Assembly (NCBI GenBank): GCA_964057225.1
Contig: OZ059896.1
Location: forward strand, 10,478,001-10,542,000
Direction: 5' to 3'
From: Auanema rhodensis
Lineage: Eukaryota; Animalia; Nematoda
Length of the DNA stretch: 64,000 bases
Shown here: positions 51,800-64,000 of the stretch, one piece after another
Position numbering within the stretch: position 1 is the stretch's first letter
Layout: each line of letters begins with the position of its first letter
Translations under genes and position numbers: made by a program
Notes under the pieces: model-generated
Told to the model about the DNA's origin: nothing
Seen by the model: the letters and a program-made list of their open reading frames with translations, nothing else
Database searches by the model: none

Positions 51800-53340
51800 G
51801 ACAACCTATCTTATTTTATTGCTTTTTGAAGTCATTGCAAGGCGAAACTCTTTCTTTAAATAATTCTCTATGGCTAGTCTATTCTGATGTGAAGCCATAA
51901 GAAATCTTATGAGTTTGCACGATTTCTATTCAGCATAGAGAAACTTTAATTTTTCTGCAGTTTTTAATATTCGGTAGATGAATAACAGCATTAGGAACTC
52001 TTTTTTATTTTTCATTAGTGTATCTATCAGTTCAATTTGGACTCTCAGTGTATATATATGTCCTGTTTTTTCTTCATTTCCTTAGCAACTTTTAGTATTT
52101 TGTTGATATTTCTTTTGCTTTTGCATATCTTTCTGTTTCTCTTATATACTTCGTCAATTCTTCTTCAAATTGTCTAATGTTCGCTTCTTCATTTTTATCT
52201 CTTATTACTTCTTATGTCTAGTGTAGTATATATTTTTCTCACAACAACAGAGATGGCCAATCTAGTAAATTCTCTTAAGTTGCTATTCAATTCGTTCTGC
52301 GTTGAATCATCTTACTACTTTTGTGTTTTGGGTATCCTCACAAAACAGAAACATCAAAAGCTATTTCAAATAGTAGTTCAAACTTAGATAACATATAATG
52401 ATCTCGGAAACAACCTGATTTCCTATGCTTATTGATCATATATATTAGACTAATTCATTCTTTTTCGCCAATTATTTTTTATTCAGGAACTTGAAAAAGC
52501 TTTTACGCTTTAAAGAACTTCAAGTTCTACATCTTCATGTATCTTCATAATATGTCCTCCAACTCTCGGAAACTCAGAATCTTTATTAGATTGATGAAGT
52601 TTTTTGGTTGGAGATTTGATATTTAGGACGGAAATTATCAAGTTATTCATAGAAATTTGTTGGTTTTATAACATATCTGTCATCTTATTGTATCATCCGA
52701 GCTGGGTGCTTCGTTCAGCCCAAATAAAAGTTTTTTCAATATTACTCTTCCGAAAACTCATTTTTTTCATTATTATTCTTTTTTGTTCTTATTTTTTTAG
52801 TTATTTTGGTTAATATTGTTCAGTATAACTTTTTTTAATGAAAGTATATAAAATCAAAAAAATCGCTGAAGGGTATTACTAAAGTTTTAGTATAAACATA
52901 TATATATATATATATATTTCTTTTTGAATCAAAAAAGTTTTATTCAATATGATATCAGTAATCGTTTGTTTTCTTTATAACCTTTCAAAAATCCTTTAAT
53001 CCCATTTATTGTATGCTTAAATGACTCCTTTATTCTCTCTTTATAATGCTAAGAGATGAAGAAGCGCCACTGATTGAATAACCAGTTTATAAAAAGATCG
53101 AGAATTTAGTTCAACTTTTAATATTTCTTCAGTAATTTTTTTCTCAACATTCGTCTGCTCATTACCGCTTCTCTGAATGAAATCCATGTCCCACCCAGTT
53201 TGTTCATAACGAAGTCTACTCCTTTATTCTCTTCTTCAAAAGAAGTGTCTCATGCCACCCAACTTCATCTATGTTCTTGCTCTTTCATTTTCTCTGATTC
53301 TGTCGTTCGATCTTCCGTATTCCCTTTCCTTATTAGATAG
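51800..53340 (-). mobile_element. Degraded RTE-type non-LTR retrotransposon (APE endonuclease and linker region)
   Basis: Ordered decayed motifs on the minus strand: KGVDFVMNK (~53220, APE GVGF motif), YMINKHR/DVSVL (~52440-52340), EISTKY*KLLRK*RK (~52100), and CKLIR...IENYLKK (~51900). Many stops. Confidence 0.4.
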
Positions 53341-54758
53341 ATTACACAGATGATCTCATGAGAAACCATTCGTATTCCCTACTCGAAATTTTCGTTAAAA
53401 TTCAATTCTATTTTACATCATTCACAACTAAGCAATACATATTTTAACTTAGATCCTATTTATCTTATAAAACAACTTTTTTTCCATTTTAAATTTCATT
53501 TGTAGAAAACTATTTACTTCTTTATTTGAAAAAAAAAAGAAGATTAAGTAATTGATAAAATATTTATAAAGATATAAATGATGATGAATCTGATGTTAGA
53601 TGTATTCATATTCAATTTTAAATATATTTTCGATCTAAATTATTTTGTTTTCTGATCATTAATACAGTTCAAGGTATGTTTTAATTACTGCAGCTTTTAA
53701 TTGAATAGCCAAAATGAACGTCAATAAGTTGCTTCTCATTTCCAGTATTTTCTCATTCAATATTCAATGTATTTTACTATCAGTTTATGCTTTATATATA
53801 TATATATTTCTGTTACTTTTCTACTCTTTTTTTAACGCATCTTTCTTATAATCTATATACTCATTGCTCGTCATTTATAATCATATTTTACATACTAACT
53901 TAATAAAAACTGACATTCGTATATACTAATATGGTATATGTATTTTCTCTATTATTAATATATAATGTTTAATATCTATATATCAATATGTATATATGTA
54001 TATAACATATAAACTATCTTAAAATAACTACTTTTCTAACATTATGTGATTTGTATATCAATTACTATAACAACGACTACACTACGTACCAAATCACCGA
54101 ACATATTCTGATCAGAAAATTCTTTCTAAAATAGTATAAGGGCTATTCACCAAGTTGTAATTCAATTGACTCGTCTCGAATTTGACAAATAAGGTTTTGG
54201 AAGGCGGTCCTCTTGTTGTACATATGTCTACTTGATTCAATATTTATATAGATATATAGTAATCCATGGTTGACTATCAACTTTATAGACAGCATAACTT
54301 AAGAATTCTTTTAAAATTTTCACTCTGTCTTTCTCTCCATCTGTCTTTCTCTCTATCTTTCGCTCTCTCTCTCTCAAGTCCCCGACAAAACTACGATTAT
54401 CTAGTCAATCTTGAAAAAGCTCATCTAAATATTTTCTGTTTTCTTTTCCTTGAAACTGAATTTCAATTTTTGTTTATCTTTTAGATGCAAACTAAAGGAA
54501 CGAATACTTTGAGTGGTAATTAAATTTTTTTTTCACTTTAAATAATAATTATATAAAATAATATTGAAATCATATCATGTATATCAGTTGTAGAATCATG
54601 TTAAATCGCAACATTTTATAATAATCAGGTATAATCTATGATAGTTCATAATCTTATGATGATTATAATATTATTTATCTATATTCTTTACTCATTTTAA
54701 TAAAGAAAACTTTAATATCTCATAATAGCGTTCCGTATTATTATTATTACGATGACGG

Positions 54759-54759
<1 letters not shown>

Positions 54760-54795
<36 letters not shown>
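54760..54795. repeat. (GAT)n trinucleotide microsatellite
   Basis: Read directly from the sequence; it lies upstream of the GPCR. Confidence 0.9.
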
Positions 54796-54796
<1 letters not shown>

Positions 54797-55195
54797 GTCT
54801 ACAACTCAGGGATTATACTGCCATTCGACATAAATTTCAAAATAATTTAAACTTTTTGACTATTAAATTAAAAATTTATTCTTTATTTAACATTATTGAA
54901 TAATTTAAATGTATTTTCTTGTTTTATTACAAACAGTTATGATAGAAATTAAAAAAAGTAAAAAAAAGCTTCTAGAGCAAGCTTCAGAAGACGACGCATT
55001 AATTTTGTTTTTTTTTGCTGAGAAAAAAAGATTTTTTTTCCAAATTCTTTTCTTTATTTTTTCTTTTTATAAGCAGCCTTCTATTCACTATTTGTCAACT
55101 GCTTGCTTCAGGCCATCGTAATGACGGTCAATTTCATAAATTGGATTACTCTTTGCTGCTTCTCTTCAACATAATCACATCTTTTGTATATATCT

Positions 55196-55231
<36 letters not shown>

Positions 55232-55465
55232 TTATAAAAATTATCTTTTTTTTTGAAATTCAAATCTTACTTCTGCAATCCCTTATTCTATTTTGATGAA
55301 TGAAAATTACAATGAAACGTAATTAAGAACGTTTTCATAACAGTTTTGTATTTTATAAAAGCTTTTATCTCAGTTTTATCATTTAATTTTTTTGTTTTAA
55401 CATTCTTGCATCAAGGAAGGAGTTATTGAATTAAAAGAAGTGTTTTTTTCAGTTAACAACAAAAT

Positions 55466-58400
55466 ATGAACAATTCTGATTTGATTTCGCTTGATTCAGC
55501 TTTGAATGCAACTACTGATGAAGCAGAAGTCGATCCAACTAGGGCAACTTTAAAGTTATGTCTAGCAATAGCTTATATTGTCCTTTTCCTCTTAGGAACT
55601 ATAGGAAACGGGTGAGTTAATTTCGTTTTTCCCTTAAACCTATAAGGAACAAAAACTTTGATTTTCGGAAATGTCAATGGAATATTTTTGAATATATTAA
55701 ATTTAATATTAAATTTAACTGTTAACATAACATAATATTATAGAATTGTCATTGTTATGATTATTAATGTTTTAACATCAATGAGACGAACAACAGCTCA
55801 AGGAAAACGAAAATCATTATCTAATACAAATCATGTATTTATCTATGTCTTGGGTAAGTAAAATATATTTTTTAATTAAATAGAGAAATAATATTATTTA
55901 GTTTAACTTTTATAAATATTCGAAATTAATTTATTAATAATATTTGAAACATTCAAAAAAATATTTTTATTATATTTGATATTTTTTTAATTAAAGCTTA
56001 CTTCCTGAATAACAAACCATCTGTGTTAAATGATTTTTCTTTTAAAAATAAAAATCATCCAAGACATATATTTACATACATATATATATATTTATTATAT
56101 AAATTTAATGTTGTTGACAGGACATAATAAGTACATTCATAATGAAATATTGTAAAAATTTCCGCTTTTTTGATAAATTATTATCTTTCAAATATGACTG
56201 CTTTCAGGTTTATCAATTGTGGATTTTCTGGTTATTATGCATTTACCATTTTTGGTAGTAGATTTGTTAAAAGGTAATTTATTTGTATAAAGCACAATTA
56301 AACTATATAATTTCAATAAAAATATTTGTTAGATATATATAATTATTTTTATATTTTTTAGGACAATGGCTATTTGGAACAGCAATGTGTAAAGTGTATT
56401 GGTTTGGAGAAAGTGTGAATAAGCTCTTATCTTCGTTTATTATGACTGTACTCAGTTGGGATCGTTATCTAGCAGTTTGCAGCCCGGTAAAATCCATGAG
56501 GTATATATCTCATTCAAATTATTTCTTAAATTTTGAAATGAACTAAATATAAAAATACATATTTAATTATAGAATACGATCTAATACTATTGCTGTTGTT
56601 GTATTATTATTATGCTCATTATTAGCTGTAGTATTATTACTACCTGTCTTAATTGAAGCAACAGTTTTTAAAATTGATAAAATGAAAATGATTCCTTTAA
56701 TGGAAAATTCAGAAGATTTACGTTTATCAGGTATTTAAACTAATAGTTTCATATTATTATTTTTGTTTTCAAGATTTACATGGAACAACTATGAATAAAT
56801 GCATGTTTGATTCTGATGCCACATTTACTTTATACACATTCATGATAGGATTTATAATACCAGCTTTATTCATCACATTTTTTTATTGTCGGGTAGATAT
56901 TTAATTGAAATATATTATTAATTATTTAATTTATAAATAGGTAATTTATAAAATTCATAAGTCATCTCGAAATATGCGTGAAATGAGAAGTACAATACAG
57001 GAAACAGGTCGACGTGACACAGATCGCGCTAAACAAGTCATTTCTAATCTAAATATCCTAAATAAAAACTTTAATTTAAGGTTACAAAACGTATTGTTGC
57101 TGTAGTTATGTTTTATTTCTTTTGTTGGACTCCCCAATGGTCTCTGAACCTTATGATACAATTTAATTTAATTCATGTTTGTTAAAATTTATATTTTTTA
57201 AAATTTTAAAATATATAATCATTTCAGGTTTCATGGATGACTCCTGCAATGTCAGCTCTATTCTTTATTGCACATCTTTTGGTAAGAATTTGATTTAGCT
57301 CTATACAATACTATCAGAGTATCTTTAATATTAATTTATTTTCACATTTTGTTTTGTTGGAAAAGTTGAAAATTAGCTATTTTCACTTAGAGTAGAACAA
57401 CAGAGTTGTTCGAAAGTACTAACGACGTCAACCTTTTTCAGTACACAAAATTTAATTTTTGAAGGATGCTTGATGAGTTCTTCTTTTTCTTGTAAGACTA
57501 TTTTCAGGTTTGCTTCAATTCAGCTGCCAATCCTGTCCTCTATGCTCTCATTAACCGCGAATTACGTCAACAACACTATAGAGCGATGCAGAAGAAAAGG
57601 CAGTCTATAACGCACGCCACGCACGAAGCACTCGAATTTGTGGCCAGGCATACGCACAAGTCAGCTTCTTTCCCTATTTGGTCATCAGCAGAAACAGAAA
57701 AAAAGTTCCATCAGCTTTGGTTGCTTACAAATTGTTTTGAATTTCTTGAGCATTTCTTCAAAATGCTTTATACTAAGTTTTCTATTTTTGAAAAAGAAAG
57801 ACTTAATGAATTGACAGTAAGCCCTATATGGAAATGAAATTATTTGAACAATACACTTAAAACTAATCGAAAATATTTTTGATATATAATAGCATTAAAA
57901 TATTAAAAAAAGTTTGATCATGCTTGTTTGGAATATTTTATAGCTTAATATATTGCTAGATTAGGCTTTGTGCTTTATGTGCTTCAGCAGACATTGACCA
58001 AAATGATAGGAAGGAATCTGACGATATGGCCATACTTTTGTTGCTTGATTTTCCCTCTTTATATCTCTTAATCAATTTTCTCTTTTACTTATTTATTCAT
58101 ATAGACACACACTCTCTCTCCCCCCCCCCCTTCTCTCTCTCTTCTTTTCCCTTTTTCTTTCTCTTTATTGCACGAAAAAATATCCGCTTTCTACAATCTT
58201 TAGAACACTTCATATTTTTTTTTCTAACATTTTACCAAAATTAATTAAAAACAATAATATATAATTATATTAATTTGAAATAGAAATATGAAAATTTATA
58301 TCATTTGTAGATGATATTGGCAATAGCACGTCGTTTAGAGCTTTTCTTCATCATATCCAAATTCGAATGAATGCTTTCTAAACATTTTTCTATTCTTCTT

Positions 58401-59043
58401 TTGTTTTCAAGCTTTATCCTCAGCATGTCAATATCCACCTGAAGCTAGATTATATCAGTCATTCCCCATATTTAGGCTTTCAAATCAACGTGTTAACTCA
58501 ACAGCTTCTTTCAATATTGTGACTTTGCAAGACGGTAAACGAATATCCTTCTGGGAGAGAATTTTATTGAGGTTCTCCTTTCTTACTTCTCTTTTAAATA
58601 TTAAAAAGAACATTTTACGAATTGATGTTGTAAATCTGTAAAAAGCATTCTAAAATGAATAAATTAGCATGATTATTACATGTTGTGATTTCATAAAATA
58701 AGAAAAAAAATATTAATCATTCATCTTTTAATCTTAAATTCTGCATTATTTTCAGAATTATTGGAATCAAAGAAACTTTACTCCGTGCTGGTGGTCGAAG
58801 GTATGAAGAGCATCATGAAATCGTTTCAAATAAAGTTTAAACTTTAATGTTCTAGATCTAGATCTCCATCCAATTGTTCACAAGCATCCGTAGTTGCACC
58901 ATCTAATGAGAGACAATCAGTAATTAAAAAACTTTAACTTAAAGATTATTAGTGAAATTTAGAGTCTGGTGCCTCCATCATTGCCAGCTGTACCCTCTAC
59001 GAGTTCAAATTTACTGGAGCATCTAGAAGATGATTATCTTTGA
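55466..59043 (+). CDS. Class A neuropeptide GPCR, somatostatin/allatostatin-C/opioid-like group
   Basis: TM1 LLGTIGN, TM2 [20 protein letters not shown]3 [14 protein letters not shown]5 GFIIP, TM6 [11 protein letters not shown]7 [11 protein letters not shown]. The long C-tail ends EDDYL*; its internal exons are uncertain. Confidence 0.9.
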
Positions 59044-59590
59044 ATTATTATTTAATTTATTTTCATTTTCTTATAAATTGTGTTTAAGCAAATAATAAGA
59101 ATATAAAGAAATTTTTAAAATATTTTAAAATAACATTGAAGTGCTGAAAATATTGAATTGAAAACAATATCAGTGTTAACTTAGTTTGCAGAAAATATTT
59201 ATTGCTTTCTTTAAATATTATATAATTCTTTAAGTTTTGTATAGTATGTACTATATAGATTATAACATCAATACTTCATAAAATTTTATTTAAAAATAAA
59301 ACTTTGACGCGAATTCGTTGAATGTGAGAAGGCTTAGATCACATTACCCGTAACTGATTCTGAGTTCTTTTAAAAAGTAGTAGAAGAAAAATCAAAAATA
59401 AATCAATAAAATACAAAATATGGTAGTTATACAAGACTAATTTACAATTAAAATTGTTTTTTTTGTGTTTACCTACAGTTGCTTTGATAAAGCTGAAAAG
59501 GAAAAATATATTTACAATTGTTATAAATCAAAAGAAATTTGTATTATAATACATATGACTTTTGCGGTACATAAAGGACAATGATTCAAC

Positions 59591-62500
59591 TTAAACAGCA
59601 AAATCTTCTGGTAAGTCTGGAACAGGAATAAAAGCATATCGAAGGAAAAGTAATAAAACAAGAATATTAAATAGTTGAAACATAAACAAGAAGACATGAT
59701 CAACTCGTGCAAATATGCGATTCCATTCTCGTTCCACCTAAATAGATCATTTTTATTTCTATGAGAAAAAGAAACAATTACATATTATATAATATGTTTG
59801 AGTTTTTTTAGTGATTTTTGAAGTTTTAGATTACTTTTTCACAATCTTAGATCATAAACGAATTTTCGAAGTTTTAAAATATCTTTTGTTGACCCTATAA
59901 GGGCATTTTCTTCTCGTCTTTCAAAATTTAGATCAAATGCATTTTAAGAGATTTTTGATCGTGTAGCTTGATGATTCAGCGAATTAGTTGGAAAAAAAAA
60001 GAAGTTCATGTGCTTTTTTCAAGTTTTCTTTGTCGAAAACTTTTCTTTGAACTTATATAGTATGAACTTACCCTGGAAATCCATTGTTGACGTTCAACTT
60101 TCTCTCTATAAGCTTGTTGTGCTTTTGAGACTTCTATCAATTGTCCATATATGGCTAATAAATCAGGAAATTTAGGTCTGTAAATCGATAACATTATCAA
60201 CAACAACAAAAAATACATTTATAAGCTAAAAATGTCTATGATGTCTATGAAAAACTTACACGGTTTTTATTGCTTTTTCCACATTTTGCACAATTCCATT
60301 TCCTTTCATTGCTTTGACGGGCTCTAACAACAGAAGCCTATAAGCACTTCGTGATGGCAATAGTTCAGTCTGAAAGTGCAATTCAATGAAGTTTTACAAT
60401 CAGAATAAAAAAAAGAAAAGAAAAGAAGAAAAACTAATTATTGACGAAAATATATTTACTTAACTATATGTAAATTGTTTTCAAAAAGTATTACTGATGC
60501 TAACAAACCTGAATATATGAACGCGATAACCCTAACAAAGCCATTGATATTGCTACGGCAATAGCACATAACATGATGACAACAATGATATAAAATCCTA
60601 TAATATTTTAAAAATAAATGATACATATTCATAATGATAAACCTAATAATGGTATAGAATTGCTTTTTGGCATAGCTCCAGCAACGATATCTAGCAAAAC
60701 TGTCATAGCTAATAGAGATCCCAAACCAAGAGATACCTAAACATCAATTAATAATTTTAAGAAAAAAACATCTAAATAGACTAAATTGAAATAGTTTTAT
60801 TTAAAAAAAAAGAGTATTTTATTCTTTTGTTTAAATAATTCTGCAGAAAATCTAACATCCTGACTATAATTTCTAATTAAATAAAATGAAGAATCGAACA
60901 AATATGTCGAACAAAATTACGTCACAGATGAAGTGAAATAATAAAAAAATTTTTTTTATATCTCAATATATAATAGTTTAAAAAGAATTTACTGAATAAG
61001 ATTGTTACCTTTTCATTTCTAGGACCATCATTAGATCCTGGACTAAAAATTCCCAATATAGATAATGCTGAGATTAAGAAAGTTGGAACAACAATCACAG
61101 TTATATAATAAATTGGACGTCGATTTAAATGTACAATATAATGAACCTTTAAGAAATAAAAATAAAATATTATGTTATTTCGTTTTGTACCTCAGCACGA
61201 TATTCACCATCTTCCATAAATTTCATTTGACGAACTGTTACATTAATTACTTCCCATTCAGCATTTCCCTTTAAATAGAATATTTTTGTAATATTAATAT
61301 AATTAACTGATAATATAAATTAATATAAATATATAATTATAAATTAAAATAATTATTATTTCAAATTTACCGAAAAATATGAATCAATTGGCGGTCTAGT
61401 TGCATTAACATCCATTTCTTCTACTGATAATAGTGGCGAAGCTAGAGCAACTGCACAAAACTAACATAGAAATAATTATAATTAAAGAAACAAAAATAAA
61501 AAAAAAGTTGTACCTGTGTATCAAATGGAAACAAATCAATATTTATTCGGCATAATGAAGTAACAAATTGAGGAATATTTATTTTAACATGTCCCGTATG
61601 TTGAACTCGTACATCGTAACGATCTTCTGTTAACATATTTTTTGTATCCATACTATAATATTAATTTATTAATATATTTGTATATAAAAATATGTTTTAA
61701 CCTGTTATATATGAATAATTTTGGTACCCATACCAAATTTTGGGGAATTACAACTTGTCTAAGTCCATTATGTTTATCAGGATCCCAAGATAATTTCGGA
61801 TCATGCCAACGCTATAAGATATGTTTTAATGTTTTGTTCTAAGACTCTTTATCTCTTACTTGTACATGTGATATGACAAATGAAGCAACTTGTTGATTTT
61901 CTCTCTATAAATATTTCTTATAATTAAAGTTTATATTCGCAATAAGTTTTAAATATAAAGTTTAAACACATGAACTTTTACCAAACTGTAAAACAAATCA
62001 AAGAGAATCGTATAGTACAAGTATATATGTTCATATATAACAGATATGTTCCATTCTCTTTTAAATTTTTATAAATAAATGTATAAATATTTTATTATAT
62101 TCCCAAATACTTATATATTATATGTATATTACATTATTTTGTTCATTTTCTTTTTTTTTTTTTCGTTTTACATTCATTTTCAGTTATAGAAAATTGAGGA
62201 ATACTCTTACAATATGTTTTCTTTTCAAATATTATAAGTAATATTCTATTAAAAAATAAATTTTTTTATAAAATAAAACTTGAAACTAACAATTTCTGTA
62301 AGTATTCCAAGAACAATTGTCATATGAATGATGACTGGCATATTCGTATCAGCATTTGGTCGAACTCTCTTATCATAGGTATGCATGATACTATCCAAAA
62401 CATTTGTTGGTTCACTATTCAAGGAAGTAGCATCTGAAATATATATATATATATATATTAATTCATAACATCTATATATAAACATATAAATATTTTTTTT

Positions 62501-63375
62501 TCAGTTTTTATCATAATATTTTTATATTTTTCTATATTTATTAATAAAATATATTAAAAATAGTATTTACATATGTATATACATATGTATTTAAAAGTAT
62601 ATTTTCATTTATATTAAAATGTACTGATGAATAACAATGTAAAAACAACATATATATAGTATATATAGTATATAGTTAGTATATTTGACTATATAGTATA
62701 TTTATATATTCTGTAATTTAGTCTATATATAGATTTTACATCTTCTAATAACCTTAAAATTAATTTTTAATATTATTAATATGTTTATCTATTAAATATT
62801 TTTGTTATTTAATTTTTAAACAAACGAAATTATTATTTTAATAGTTTTTAATGATTCCAAATAATATTATTTCAAGATTATTCTATCGTTTTCCTTTCAT
62901 CGATTAACAATTCTATTCATATATCTATATTTATATTTTTTTATTATTGATATATACATATATTATAAGTATGATATAAGTATTTTTTTAAAATAAAAAT
63001 TCTTAATTATGAGGCTTTTCTTAGATTTCGTTCTAACTATTAAGTGTTTCCTGAAAATTGTTCGTATAATTAGAATTCATAAGATCTATAAATATGCTTA
63101 TGCTATAAGATTCCAGCTCAAATTTCTATTTTCATGAATATAATTTTAAAAAAAGAAAGAATATACCCGAAATAAATGTTTTTTTCTGGTATATATATAT
63201 ATTTGAATATATGTTTATAATATACATATAAATAAATATTTTAGATTTATGAATAAGTTCTTATATAAATAATCAAATGAAACTTACAATTATGAAGCTG
63301 ATGATGCTTTCTACCAGTTCGACAAGTTCCAGGTCGAATTATAACTATAAGTGCCAAATATCCAAGAAGTTTCAT
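59591..63375 (-). CDS. Cation-type Cys-loop ligand-gated ion channel subunit (non-alpha, nAChR/lgc-like)
   Basis: Signal peptide, YDKRVRP, WHDPKLSW, VWVPKLFIYN, Cys-loop CRINIDLFPFDTQFC, GNAEWEV, RRPIYY, NEK preceding M2 (VSLGLGSLLAMTVLL), and EWNRIFARVD before M4. No vicinal CC in loop C. Confidence 0.92.
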
Positions 63376-63604
63376 TATTCACATATGCTTCAAGTAATCT
63401 ACAAACAAAATTTAATTAAACTTAAAATAAAAAGCTAGAATTTGAGCAAAAACAAGAAGAAAATAGGTAAAATAAAGAAACAAAGAATTCAAATAATATT
63501 CAGATAAAACAAAAGCAAATTTAAAATTTCATTAGAAAAGCATTTAGAAATAGAAAAAAACAATAATTAAAGTATAATTTAATATAAAAATATTATAACT
63601 GCAC

Positions 63605-63606
<2 letters not shown>

Positions 63607-63645
<39 letters not shown>
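63607..63645. repeat. (AAT)n microsatellite
   Basis: Read directly from the sequence. Confidence 0.9.
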
Positions 63646-63648
<3 letters not shown>

Positions 63649-64000
63649 TATAAATAATAATATCGTTTTGAGTTTAATAAACGAATTTTTTGAAATTCAT
63701 CAGAGAACAAACGTCTGCTCTGATATCTTACTGTTCAATTAAACTAGAAGTCATTGAACCAGAAATGGAGATCTCAATAGTCTAAGAAGTGTTTTGAAGA
63801 TTATCAAGAAATTTATTTTTTATTTTGAAATATACAACGAAAAATAGAATAGAACGCTGAATAAGCGATATGTTACGTGTTGAAAGATCAGATTTCCCGT
63901 TGGAAATCCAAGACAGTCATCCGTGTAAAGTATGAAGAACCTTAATTCCAGACAAAATAATAAAAAAAAAACGAAAAGAAATTAGAAATAGAGTTCAGTA

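Overview
A 64 kb, very AT-rich, gene-dense eukaryotic window from a nematode, probably rhabditid-like. The evidence is cuticle collagen, STAT-B, GluCl, many ~40-60 nt introns and splice acceptors just upstream of start codons. I assembled exons by hand from GT/GC-AG boundaries and could support about 16 protein-coding genes: sel-5/AAK1-type kinase (truncated by the window edge), Cys-type glutathione peroxidase, APMAP/strictosidine-synthase-like, STAT-B (sta-2-like), longin R-SNARE, ATG101, UGT, fibrinogen-related protein, AT-hook/MADF factor, Aa_trans transporter, P5B-ATPase (catp-6-like) with a nested antisense collagen, D-amino acid oxidase, a GluCl-like channel, a somatostatin/opioid-type GPCR and a non-alpha cationic Cys-loop subunit. 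There are also hAT, RTE-like and BEL/Pao-like remnants and microsatellites. The most interesting unexplained signals are: (1) a GC-rich, end-paired, multi-hairpin island at ~26.0-26.4 kb, a candidate novel ncRNA or TRIM-like element; (2) an operon-like ATG101 -> longin-VAMP unit with candidate poison exons and a longin-less isoform; (3) a uORF-bearing, structured 5' leader on the putative polyamine-transporting P5B-ATPase; (4) a nested collagen whose stop codon abuts the host splice donor; (5) frequent AAG/GAG acceptors and GC donors. Gene names rest on motif recognition and recall, not database searches. CDS coordinates span first to last coding base, introns included.
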